A stretch of 24,691 bases of DNA from an uncultured Rikenellaceae bacterium (lineage in GTDB: Bacteria > Bacteroidota > Bacteroidia > Bacteroidales > Rikenellaceae): the NCBI GenBank assembly GCA_964367795.1, contig CAYIZU010000005.1:1-24691 (forward strand). Direction: 5' to 3'. Of this stretch, positions 7,793-17,800 are shown piece by piece. The notes below the pieces were generated by a model, which did no database searches, was not told where the DNA came from, and saw only the letters and a program-made list of their open reading frames with translations. Position numbers and translations under genes: made by a program. Numbering within the stretch: position 1 is the first letter of the stretch; every line of letters starts with the position of its first letter.

Positions 7793-9178
7793 TTAAAACA
7801 TGTAATCCCAAATAGGAAGTTTTACTGCCCTTCCTTTTAATGCCTCAATAGCTTTTTCATTAAGGTACTCTTTTTTAAGGACAACGCGGAAGATATATTT
7901 ATCAAACCATTCGTCTGTGAATGTGAGGTATCCTTTATATCCAGTCATACCCCAGCTATTCTCAACTTGCCATTTGGTTGACTTGCCATTTTCATCGGTA
8001 TCAACAGCTACCAGAGTCATAGCGTGTGCCGAGCCACTTTGACGAGTAAGAATACTTCCTTTTTTGTCCATAGATAAATCAATACCTAAAAGCGATTCGT
8101 AGTCATACATATCCATTGCCATAACCCCCTCTTTCATATTGAGTTGCTTACCAACATCACATGATATATACATTGCCTCGTTATCTTTTATTGATGCAAT
8201 TGCAGCATTTTTAATATCCGCATTAGGAAGATTAAGGTATTTCCAGTTTACACCCTCTACATTATTACGGTAGTTATCAATATCATACACTTTGTAATAT
8301 GGACGTGTAGGGTCGTTCATTACCATTATGTAGTTATCCGGAGAATAGTTATCTGGAGCTATAGACGCAAAGAATTTTTGAGGTGTTAAATCTTTAATAA
8401 CTTTAACCTCTCCATCTTCGTCGGTATATTTCCAATCGAACTTAACAGGAGGTTCGCCAAGACATAGTGCTAACACACGATATACATCCTTAAGAACATC
8501 TTTTTTTAGCTTTTGTAACTCCACCTTTTTAACACGCTTCGCAGCTGCTGTACGTATATCATAAGCTCCTTTACGTAGACGCTCGTTTAATATCGAAATC
8601 ATTTGTGACGTATTCTCAGAATGTACTGTTTCTGGCATTACGCTTTTCGGTACAACACCATACTTTTTGGCTACATTATAGAAATGATTCCATACTCCAC
8701 CATCATTAATAGGTGCTTTAAGAAGAGTGACAAGTGCTCTATCGTCCATTTTACCATTGGCAAGAGTAACCATGTTCTCAAGAAATAGATTTGATTTCTC
8801 AAAAATATCCCAAAAGTAATTATAGTTATGAGAAAAATCAAAATTACTTAGATTATATTTCTCAACTACATTTGGACGGAAAACATTCATAGCCGTGAAC
8901 ATCCAACACCTTCCCGATTGATGTTGATCCGTGATACTATTATTACCATCAACTTTATACTTAAATGTGTGGTCCACGGTGCCTGTTACATCTCTATTTA
9001 GGGCTAACTCTTTTAAGCTTTTGTTTGATTGTATTGCATTACGTAGTGCTCTTGTTGATACGTCGCTCTTATATGAGTTCCTAATATCATTTAGCTCACT
9101 ACTTGTAACCACTCCGCTCTGTGCCAGCGCCACCTGCGAGGTAAGAGCCATGGCAAAAATAAAAAATACTCTTTTCAT
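7793..9178 (-). CDS. pepC: Aminopeptidase C (peptidase C1B, bleomycin hydrolase family) with Sec signal peptide
   Basis: Catalytic motifs QHQSGRCW, AHAMTL, VENSWG. Signal peptide MKRVFFIFAMALTSQVALA. Confidence 0.93.
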   Translation of the reverse strand: MKRVFFIFAMALTSQVALAQSGVVTSSELNDIRNSYKSDVSTRALRNAIQSNKSLKELALNRDVTGTVDHTFKYKVDGNNSITDQHQSGRCWMFTAMNVFRPNVVEKYNLSNFDFSHNYNYFWDIFEKSNLFLENMVTLANGKMDDRALVTLLKAPINDGGVWNHFYNVAKKYGVVPKSVMPETVHSENTSQMISILNERLRKGAYDIRTAAAKRVKKVELQKLKKDVLKDVYRVLALCLGEPPVKFDWKYTDEDGEVKVIKDLTPQKFFASIAPDNYSPDNYIMVMNDPTRPYYKVYDIDNYRNNVEGVNWKYLNLPNADIKNAAIASIKDNEAMYISCDVGKQLNMKEGVMAMDMYDYESLLGIDLSMDKKGSILTRQSGSAHAMTLVAVDTDENGKSTKWQVENSWGMTGYKGYLTFTDEWFDKYIFRVVLKKEYLNEKAIEALKGRAVKLPIWDYMF

Positions 9179-9191
9179 ACGTTTATTGAAA

Positions 9192-10571
9192 TTATTTTAC
9201 TCTATCCATCTCCACTGTAAAGTGACGAAGAATTGGAGCTTCATTTGTTATAACACACCCTTTTGTTATCTCTGCTCTTCTGTCAAATACATTCTTTAAC
9301 GATGCCGCAATCACATCCATATGATTGTTCGTATATGTACGACGAGGAATAGCAAGACGAAGTAACTCTAAATCTGGATAACGATTCTCGCGAGTAACCG
9401 GGTCTCTATCGGCAAGGATAGCACCTATTTCTACACCACGTATTCCCGATTCAATATATAGCTCAACACCCAATGTTTGCGCTTGGAACTCCTCTTTAGG
9501 TATATTTGGAAGAATAGCACGTGCATCAACAAACACCGCATGGCCACCGGCAGGACGCTGATAAGGTATGCCATATTCATCAAGCTTAGATGCAAGGTAT
9601 GCCACTTGACGAATACGAGAATCTAATACATCAAATTCAGTATTCTCGTCTAATCCTACTGCTAAAGCGTTCATATCACGACCCGCCATACCTCCATAAG
9701 TAAGGAAGCCTTCAAACATGATGTTATAAACCGATGCTTGTTGGAATATCGCCTCATCTTTGAAACCAATGAAACCTCCAATATTAACTTGACCATCCTT
9801 TTTCGAACTCATTGTCATTAGGTCAGAGTAAGAGAACATCTCTTTAACAATCTCTTTTATTGTCTTGTCAGCATAACCCTCTTCACGCATTTTGATGAAA
9901 TATGCATTCTCTGCGAAACGTGCCGAGTCGAACATAACAAGCGCACCATATTTTTTAGATAACTCATAAACTTCACGCATATTCTGCATAGATACCGGTT
10001 GACCACCCGAGGTGTTATTCGTAATAGATACGTAAACAAATGATATCTTCTCTTTTGGTGTCTCTTTTAATATTTTTTCTAATTTAGTACAATCAACATT
10101 TCCCTTGAATGGGTGAATTAATTGCGTATCTTTAGCCTCGTCAATAGTGCAATCTATTGCAGTAGCTTTACGGAACTCAATATGTCCCTTTGTTGTGTCG
10201 AAATGAGAATTTCCAGGTACTATATCACCATCTTTAACTAATACCGAAAACAGAACATTCTCCGCTGCACGCCCTTGGTGAGTTGGTAAATACATAGGAA
10301 ATCCAAGAATGTCATTAATGGCATTCTTTAAATTATAATAAGATAGCGAGCCAGCATAACTCTCGTCGCCAGTCATCATTGCAGCCCACTGGCGGTCACT
10401 CATAGCACCGGTACCTGAATCTGTCAATAAATCTATCATAACTCTGTCGCTACGCAGATTAAATAGATTATATTTCGCCTCTTTTATCCATTGCTCGCGC
10501 TCTTCACGAGTACTTGTCTTAATAGCCTCTACCATCTTTATCTTGTAAGGCTCTGCATAAGGAATCTTCAT
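9192..10571 (-). CDS. tnaA: Tryptophanase (PLP beta-eliminating lyase)
   Basis: IDLLTDSGT, THQGRAAE, DSARFAENAYFI, MSSKKD. HFDTT (Asp) and LRHFT (His) are the tryptophanase-type residues, whereas tyrosine phenol-lyase has YFTTT and LRFFT. Confidence 0.9.
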   Translation of the reverse strand: MKIPYAEPYKIKMVEAIKTSTREEREQWIKEAKYNLFNLRSDRVMIDLLTDSGTGAMSDRQWAAMMTGDESYAGSLSYYNLKNAINDILGFPMYLPTHQGRAAENVLFSVLVKDGDIVPGNSHFDTTKGHIEFRKATAIDCTIDEAKDTQLIHPFKGNVDCTKLEKILKETPKEKISFVYVSITNNTSGGQPVSMQNMREVYELSKKYGALVMFDSARFAENAYFIKMREEGYADKTIKEIVKEMFSYSDLMTMSSKKDGQVNIGGFIGFKDEAIFQQASVYNIMFEGFLTYGGMAGRDMNALAVGLDENTEFDVLDSRIRQVAYLASKLDEYGIPYQRPAGGHAVFVDARAILPNIPKEEFQAQTLGVELYIESGIRGVEIGAILADRDPVTRENRYPDLELLRLAIPRRTYTNNHMDVIAASLKNVFDRRAEITKGCVITNEAPILRHFTVEMDRVK

Positions 10572-10726
10572 AATTTTTTTAATAAAATATTTTACATTAA
10601 TAAATAATTTTCTTCCAATAACTTTTAAAACGTTATATTTTCAACATAAAATTCCGTTTCTGAACCGATTTTTGATTATCGATACGTTTTTTAACTGAAA
10701 ACCCATTATAATAGTTATTACAGCGA

Positions 10727-10758
10727 CAAATATAATATTTTTTTATTTAATAATCAAA
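10727..10758 (-). promoter_or_regulatory. Bacteroidota sigmaA-type promoter for tnaA-pepC
   Basis: Minus strand TTTG (10758-10755), 20 nt, TATATTTG (10734-10727), an exact consensus match. Implies a 5' leader of about 150 nt. Confidence 0.78.
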
Positions 10759-10788
10759 AGGAGGTTAATAAAAGTTCACATCTTTTAC

Positions 10789-11727
10789 CTACAATTTATC
10801 AAGAAAAACGAGTATACGTTTTGCTATCTCTGCCGGTTGCTCTTCTGCTGCAAAGTGACCCGCATTTAATAGGTGAAGTTCTGCATTTGGCACATCGCGT
10901 AGGTATGCTTTTGCTCCATTTTTATTAAATTTTAAATCTTTTGCTCCCCACACTATGAGTGTTGGAGGCTGAGTCTTGCGTAGCATCTCTTGCCACTTAG
11001 GATAGCTAATCAAATTGTTATTATAGTCTTGAAACAACCTCACTTGTATTAATCTATCGGCCTTAGTGCGTAGGAAGTTAAGATCATGTACCCATGCGTC
11101 AGGGCTTTGTATGAACAGGCTATCTTTCGGTATGTCGAATAGGTATTGTTTATTAATAATAGCATCTTCACTTGTTAATTCATAAAGTTGTTTAAGTTTT
11201 TCGGGTGTCGTGTCAAGTTGTGCCGAGCGGAAAAACTTTTGTCGAGCATCTGTTAACCCATCCATGTAGACATTAGCATTTTGTACAATCAGCGCATCAA
11301 CCCTTTTAGGGTTTTTAACCATCATACGATAGCCCACCGGAGCTCCGAAGTCTTGCATGTACATGATATAGTTTTTAATGCCTAAAGAGTCAATAAGTTT
11401 ATTGTTTATTTCTGCTAATAGCTCAAATGTATAACTCACACTGTCAACACTTGGTCGACTGCTATACCCCGAGCCTAAATTGTCCGGTGCAATAACATGA
11501 TAATGTGTTGAAAGCATTGGTATGAGGTATCTATATGTGTGAGAAGAGGAAGGGTACCCATGTAGAAGAAGTATAGTAGGCTTATCCTTATCTCCAGACT
11601 CTCGATAGAAAATTTTATGTCCATCAATAATAGCATAGTTGTAAGTTATTGGTGGAGGTAGATGGTACTCGTTTTTACAACTTATGGCTGCCACAAGAAG
11701 TAAAACTGGTAATAATAAGTTTTTCAT
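10789..11727 (-). CDS. Alpha/beta hydrolase (epoxide hydrolase/dehalogenase-like), predicted lipoprotein
   Basis: LLLHGYPSSS, APDNLGSG, Asp nucleophile MQDFGAPVG, IVWGAKD, AGHFA. Lipobox AAISC. Confidence 0.88.
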   Translation of the reverse strand: MKNLLLPVLLLVAAISCKNEYHLPPPITYNYAIIDGHKIFYRESGDKDKPTILLLHGYPSSSHTYRYLIPMLSTHYHVIAPDNLGSGYSSRPSVDSVSYTFELLAEINNKLIDSLGIKNYIMYMQDFGAPVGYRMMVKNPKRVDALIVQNANVYMDGLTDARQKFFRSAQLDTTPEKLKQLYELTSEDAIINKQYLFDIPKDSLFIQSPDAWVHDLNFLRTKADRLIQVRLFQDYNNNLISYPKWQEMLRKTQPPTLIVWGAKDLKFNKNGAKAYLRDVPNAELHLLNAGHFAAEEQPAEIAKRILVFLDKL

Positions 11728-11748
11728 ATATTTAAATTTGTGTGATTT

Positions 11749-13008
11749 TTAGAAAGTTATAAATAGAGACATTCCATAACTACCACTCACAGGTTTCCCT
11801 CCTGCAAAGCCCCTATTATTAAGTAGGTTAATAGATGGTGCAACATTTAGCGATAAATCATCTGATATATCATATTGTTTAAAACTTGCAGAGACATAAG
11901 CATCAACAACGGTTAATAGGTAGAAGCCAATAGTATAAAAAATAGACATATCGCGGGCACGTCTAAAGTTATTTTTTGTGTTGCGCAAAACCTCTTCAGT
12001 TAAACGTCCTTCAAATTCATCCGGCTCTCCCTTCAGTACAGCTAAATATGCATTATTATATCGAGTGTATCCCCTGCCGTTAAAATTTATAATATAGGCG
12101 AAAGTGGCAAATCCAGCATAAACAATTGGTAGTTTCCAGTACTGTTTGTTATATATCTGACCTGCACCGGGAAACATGAATGCGAGATATGTGGCGCGAT
12201 TTTTACTATCCTCTATGCCTTCATAATTGAAAGCGGCATCTGCCATAAAGTACATATATGATAATCCAGCACTTACATAGAAAAGAGTACTCGCTGTCTT
12301 ATAATCACGATATTTAGCATAGTTTTTATCCACATTTGGTTGATTTCCCTCGGCAATGGATTGATTAAATAGCTCCTTATAGTCGTTCGATTTATTTCCC
12401 ATAACAGCACCCGTAAATGTTAGTGCCGCAACGCTTCCATAAAGAACAGGAAGTTTCCAATACTGCTTATTGTATATCTGCCCATAGCCCGGAAGAACAA
12501 TCGAAAGTGTGCTCAATCGACCAAAAGATACACTGTCACGGAAGATATTTATTCTATCTTTTTTCTTATCTTTTTTTCCTAGCTCTAACTTTTCGGCATA
12601 TATAAGCGAGTCAAGAATACGCGCATTGGATAAGCTTCCGTCTGCATTAAGTTTGGGCATTACCCCTTTTCGTACAACTATTGTATCTGTGAAATAGTGA
12701 CGAGCTAACGAATCAATAGTTACCGAGTCAACGGTTACGCCTGCAGTACGTAGTGAGTCGACAAGGTATATCACCTTATCAATACCTTCTAACTTATCAA
12801 ATGGTAATTTGCTTTTTGTAGTATCAATGGCTGTCTCTTCAAGTTTCTTATCTTTTCTACGCTTATTTTTGCGCTTTTCTATACTTTTATTACTGATACT
12901 GTCAACATCAATTATATGACGATTTAATTCACATGCCTCTATCTCGTTAGAAAAAAACATCTGAATTACAAATAATAAAATTACATATATACTACAACCT
13001 TTAAGCAC
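11749..13008 (-). CDS. DUF5683-family membrane protein with two copies of the domain
   Basis: PG.GQIYNKQYWKLP..Y occurs twice. C-terminal VVDAYVSA.F..YDISDDLSL. Sits directly after parB, as usual in Bacteroidota. GTG start. Confidence 0.82.
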   Translation of the reverse strand: MLKGCSIYVILLFVIQMFFSNEIEACELNRHIIDVDSISNKSIEKRKNKRRKDKKLEETAIDTTKSKLPFDKLEGIDKVIYLVDSLRTAGVTVDSVTIDSLARHYFTDTIVVRKGVMPKLNADGSLSNARILDSLIYAEKLELGKKDKKKDRINIFRDSVSFGRLSTLSIVLPGYGQIYNKQYWKLPVLYGSVAALTFTGAVMGNKSNDYKELFNQSIAEGNQPNVDKNYAKYRDYKTASTLFYVSAGLSYMYFMADAAFNYEGIEDSKNRATYLAFMFPGAGQIYNKQYWKLPIVYAGFATFAYIINFNGRGYTRYNNAYLAVLKGEPDEFEGRLTEEVLRNTKNNFRRARDMSIFYTIGFYLLTVVDAYVSASFKQYDISDDLSLNVAPSINLLNNRGFAGGKPVSGSYGMSLFITF

Positions 13009-13009
13009 T

Positions 13010-13909
13010 CTATTTTAATTTATGCAGTAATCTATTCAAGTCGTCATCACTTTTGAGAGTGATGGTAACTTTGCGCTCGCCTTTAGACGTTTCACTAACA
13101 GTAACTTTGCCACTTATGATTTGTTTCAGTGTTCTTTGAAGTTTTGCAAAATTACCGCTTATCACTGGAGTTGCTTTACGCTCAACTTCGGGCATTGATG
13201 TGTTACTATTTATATCCTTAGCAAGTTGCTCTGCTTGTCGCACAGACAATCCATTTTCCATTATCTTGTTTGCAACCAATATGATATTAATCTCGTCATC
13301 TAACGATAGTAGAGCCTTTGCATGTCCCATAGTAAGTTCCCCATCAGCAAGAGCCGACAGTATTGGTGCAGGAAGTTTTAGTAAACGAATATAGTTAGAA
13401 ATTGATGCACGACTTTTACCTATTCGCTCGGATAACACCTCTTGCGTTATTGAACACTCTTTAATGAGCCTATCAAGTGATATAGCTATCTCTAAAGGAT
13501 TTAAATCTTCACGTTGAATGTTTTCAACCAGTGCCATCTCAAGAAGAGCTTCGTCGTTAATAGTGCGGATATACACCGGTATCGTGGGCATATTAAGCAG
13601 TTTTGCAGCTCTATAACGTCTCTCTCCACTGATAATAGTAAATCTCCCGTTATCACTTTTCATGACAGTTATAGGCTGTATAACGCCAAGTACTGCTATT
13701 GACTGTGATAGCTCGTTTATACTTTCAATGTCAAAATTAGTTCGTGGTTGATTAGGGTTAGGGTCAATTAATGAAATCTCTATCTCCATTGTGGAAGATA
13801 GCCCATTGCTATCCTTAGCCTCTTCTACTGCTGCCGTTACTGCAGGTGTATCTATATCAAATATCGCACTAAGCCCTCTGCCTAATCCTCCTTGTTTTTT
13901 TGCAACCAT
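13010..13909 (-). CDS. parB: Chromosome partitioning protein ParB/Spo0J
   Basis: GLGRGLSA, PNPNQPR, IISGERRYRA, ENIQREDLNPLE, HTH GKSRASISNYIRLL. Start placed at the ATG at 13909 (MVAKKQ). Confidence 0.96.
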   Translation of the reverse strand: MVAKKQGGLGRGLSAIFDIDTPAVTAAVEEAKDSNGLSSTMEIEISLIDPNPNQPRTNFDIESINELSQSIAVLGVIQPITVMKSDNGRFTIISGERRYRAAKLLNMPTIPVYIRTINDEALLEMALVENIQREDLNPLEIAISLDRLIKECSITQEVLSERIGKSRASISNYIRLLKLPAPILSALADGELTMGHAKALLSLDDEINIILVANKIMENGLSVRQAEQLAKDINSNTSMPEVERKATPVISGNFAKLQRTLKQIISGKVTVSETSKGERKVTITLKSDDDLNRLLHKLK

Positions 13910-13919
13910 AAAAATATAA

Positions 13920-14684
13920 TTAATTGTTACGCTCAATAATTTCCTGTGCTAATCCTATATATGATTTAGCACCCTTTGAGGAAGCATCATACATCAGAAC
14001 AGGAATACCATAGCTCGGAGCCTCTGCTAAACGTACATTACGCTGTATTATCGAATTGAAAACCTTATCACCAAAGTGTGAACGTACCTCTTCAACAACT
14101 TGATTAGCCAGTTTCTGGCGTGGATCATACATTGTTAAAAGAAAACCTTCGATATCTAAATTTGGGTTATACTTACTTTTGATAATTTTTATTGTGTTAA
14201 GTAGTTTGCCTAATCCTTCAAGAGCAAAATATTCACTTTGTACGGGTATGATAATACTATTAGCCGCATTAAGTGCATTAACAGTGGTCAAACCTAATGA
14301 TGGAGAACAATCAACAAGAATATAGTCATAATTTTCGCGTACTTCATCTAACGCTACACGCATTCTTAAAGCCCCTTTGTCTATGTTTAATAACTCGCTC
14401 TCAGCACCTGCTAAATTTATATTAGAAGGCATAACATCTAAATTGTCAACAGAAGGGCACTTCACTATAACCTCGGAACTCTTCTTAAGACCTATTAATA
14501 CATCGTACGTGCCAGATATACCCTCCGCCTCAATGCCTAATCCCGAAGAGGCGTTAGCTTGTGGGTCGGCATCAATAAGTAATACACGTTTCTCCATCAC
14601 GGCAAGTGATGCTGCAAGATTTATAGCTGTTGTAGTCTTTCCGACACCCCCTTTTTGGTTTGCAAAAGCAATAATTTTACCCAT
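13920..14684 (-). CDS. parA: Chromosome partitioning ATPase ParA/Soj
   Basis: Deviant Walker A NQKGGVGKTT, DADPQANAS, DCSPSLG, RNVRLAEAPS. Confidence 0.97.
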   Translation of the reverse strand: MGKIIAFANQKGGVGKTTTAINLAASLAVMEKRVLLIDADPQANASSGLGIEAEGISGTYDVLIGLKKSSEVIVKCPSVDNLDVMPSNINLAGAESELLNIDKGALRMRVALDEVRENYDYILVDCSPSLGLTTVNALNAANSIIIPVQSEYFALEGLGKLLNTIKIIKSKYNPNLDIEGFLLTMYDPRQKLANQVVEEVRSHFGDKVFNSIIQRNVRLAEAPSYGIPVLMYDASSKGAKSYIGLAQEIIERNN

Positions 14685-14758
14685 ATTTATTTAAAAATAT
14701 TAAAATGGCACAATGTACCAATATAATCAACTACTATCAGGGCTTACAAAAGAATAAA

Positions 14759-14818
14759 CCCCTCGAATATCCTGCAAATTTATAAATTTTTTTTCAAATA
14801 TGCAAAATATTCAAAGGG
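14759..14818 (-). terminator. Large-loop hairpin, likely terminator of the pilus-like cassette
   Basis: 18-nt arms at 14759-14776 and 14801-14818 pair fully as minus-strand RNA (four G-U), with a 24-nt loop, followed by UUUAUUCUUUU. Begins 18 nt after the stop at 14837. Confidence 0.6.
14775..14806 (-). promoter_or_regulatory. Bacteroidota sigmaA-type promoter for parA-parB
   Basis: TTTG (14806-14803), 20 nt, TAAATTTG (14782-14775), an exact consensus match. Confidence 0.75.
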
Positions 14819-14836
14819 CAACTAATTGAAAACTTT

Positions 14837-17800
14837 TTAAAGTCGGAAAACAGAGCTATTAGGAACATCGCGGACGCAGCGAGGAATACCTTTCTCGACG
14901 CCGTAGTTTGCCCCTGTATTTGTTAGGCGCATTCTTACAAAGTTTCCAACTAAGCCGTTTACATCCAAAATAACATACCTTATGTTGAAGGCTGCATCTT
15001 GTGCGCCAGAAGGAGTTGTTGCTTGACGTACATAGCTACGTGTAGGTGCGAATAACGCCCACGGTGTACTATAATTGCGCAACCACCCCTGATTAGGGAT
15101 TGCAGTGAACATAAGCGCCATCGTTGCTGCTTCGCGTTGATTCGGTAGACGCCATCCATGAGGACAAGGATTATTATCTAAATCAGTGTCATTATCAATA
15201 TTGTCATTATGCTCTCTTACTGATCGTACTGTGTAGATAGTGTTACTCTCGGCATCTTCCGATACATCTTGATTTACTACCTCCATAGCCCCCCATGGCC
15301 TGTTGTGGTCTTCTGAAATATGATGAAAAGGAAGGTCCTCTATTTGAGTATATTTCCTATATGCTATATGACTTATATTTTGAAAACTCATACCCCATAC
15401 ACTTGATATATATTCATTACCCGACTCCTCGGATGTCAAGTTATACTCATTGGCTATTATACCCTTTGCGAATTCGTGTTCGTTTACTCCCATATCTGAT
15501 ATTGCTGAATAGTTTATACCCTCAAGCTCTTTAGGTGTCCCAAGATTACGTAGGCATCTTATGTAAGCTTTTCCATTCGGACCGTCTATTTGTTCGTTCA
15601 TCTCCCCCCAATTATCAAGAATGAATCCAGTGCTCGAGCCTTCGTTAAGCCATACAATCTCCAATTCATTCTGATTACGCCTACTTCTACTCACAGTGCT
15701 CGACATCATGAATTTTAAATCATATGAGTAGTCGTTATTTCTAAATATTTGTGATGGCAAAGATAATGCTCCTGCCCCTATCCACATATATATTATTTGT
15801 GATTTTGTTGGCATATACCACTTAATTTCGTTTATATCAATTACCCCATTTCCGTTATCATCCCTATTACGTAGCAGGCACTGATATATGCCTAAATTAC
15901 TATATTTATCTTTTAAAGTCCAACTGTCTAAGTTGATATATTTATCCCATCTTACACTATCTGATAACGTGCCATCTTCACCATATAACCACCAAGCTTG
16001 TGTGTTCTTTAGCCCACTTCTATAATTGTTAACCTTTGCAGCTAATTCGTCGGGAATTATGTATGTGGAATCACCCGCTTCAAGAATATATTGCCCTAAA
16101 AACTCTATCTCGTTACCATTTTCATCTGTCACTGGCAGGCCCTCAATTCCATAGCCTATAAATTTTGTTCCTGCCGGGAAAGAGTAGCTGCTACTTCCAC
16201 CTACCCTAAATGGAAAATTTGGTGTTTGAGTCTCGACAACTCCAGCTTTTTCTAAATTATAAAAGGTTTGCAATGGTTCCTGTTCAATGATAGAGCCCAT
16301 CTCTATGTATGTGCTTAATTGGTCACTGCTTGCTTTAGGTTTTGTAACCACACTAAAACTACGACGTCCAGCGGTGTTTACAAATTTAGCCCATAATCCA
16401 TCCTCGGTCGTCGCTGGTTGCCCACCCTCCAAAGGGTGCTCATAATAATAATACTCATCTACATATGCTGTTGCTGTTAAGGGATCACTTGAGGTGTTAA
16501 GAATAATAAGCTGTGCAAGTTGATTGATATTTAGATATTTTGTTGGCGCGCCACCATTACTATATGCTAAATGTGCATCCATAAACTCTTGATATTTATT
16601 ATTCGGGATATAGTCACCCGAAGAATTTTTCTTTGGCACCATATAACCTATTGGACCTGTAGGACTTTGTTCCATCTCAAAAAAACCGTCATTGTCATCT
16701 ATCTCGCCAGTTGCTTCATTATAGAAGAACCAGTTTTTCGGGGCATGTTCTCTATTTCCTAAAAACGGACGTATAGGAACACTCGAATTAGGATTTACTG
16801 CAAAAGTTACCCATTTATGATCTATGTTGTCCATATTTCCATTAATACCGCTATTCCCATCATATAACTGCTGCATGGTATATGAGCCGAAAGGAGTTGA
16901 TAATGCCCATTGATACTCTCCGTTAGTAATTGAGGTTGTGGGAAATGAAAAATTGATAACATTCGCCCCGGAGTTTAACAATCTGTATAGGCTCGGGGAG
17001 TATAAGTCCCCCGACATGCCTGGTATGTTTTCAACAGGTTTTTCAGCATCCGAATCAGGACCTGTTTCTGCTTCCAAGAGCACTGTAGAAGTTCCATCGA
17101 AATATATATTGTATATATATTCAGTATTAGAAACTATCTCATAACTATCTGGATCTGCGGTGCTATTCGACGCATCTAAATCTAATGGTGGAGGTAACTC
17201 TTGAGATATACCATTTAACATTGCAGAGGTTGGATAGACTGTTGTCCTCCCGGTAAGTCCAAGGTGTAATATAATATCAATTGTTGAGTTGAAACGCTTT
17301 GGAGGTACCCCTTCACCGTCATATAAATCATATATTAACTCAATCCGCATCTCCACATATGGTGATCTTGCTGGAGCGTATATAAAGTCACCATCATCAA
17401 ATAATCCTTGATACTCATTGGCGTTATATGAAGTGCTGGTAGTAGGAATTTTCTCCCTTTTTTCTCGTAGCGTCAACCATTGATGTTGCCATACAGGTAT
17501 TTTTGGATTATTGTAATTGTCTAAATATAAATCAGGATTCTCTACTGTTTCGTCCAAATTACCATCAGCATCAAATGAGTATATATCTAAGGTGCTATAA
17601 TCGTAATCTGTAAGAGCTGGATTGCTGAATGAATAGCCATTTGTGAAGACCTCTTTTATCGACTTTTGAGGTTCATATTTTTGAGGTAAGCAATAAAATG
17701 AAAATTCACTTGCAAATAGGTCGCCTATACCTTCGAAATTAAATTTATCTGTCGAGAAATAATCTTCTCCCTCAATGTAGTTTATTCCATCCTCTTTTGA

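Noticed and set aside
9192..10571. Tyrosine phenol-lyase as the product
   Set aside because: Specificity residues (HFDTT, LRHFT) match tryptophanase.
10634..10648. TATATT-N3-AACATA in the tnaA leader, and a similar TATATT-N3-AACGTA near 5217-5231, resembling the Bacteroides Cur/CRP box
   Set aside because: Spacer is 3 nt instead of the 4 nt I recall for TATGTTnTAnAACATA, and the AT-rich background gives many near matches.
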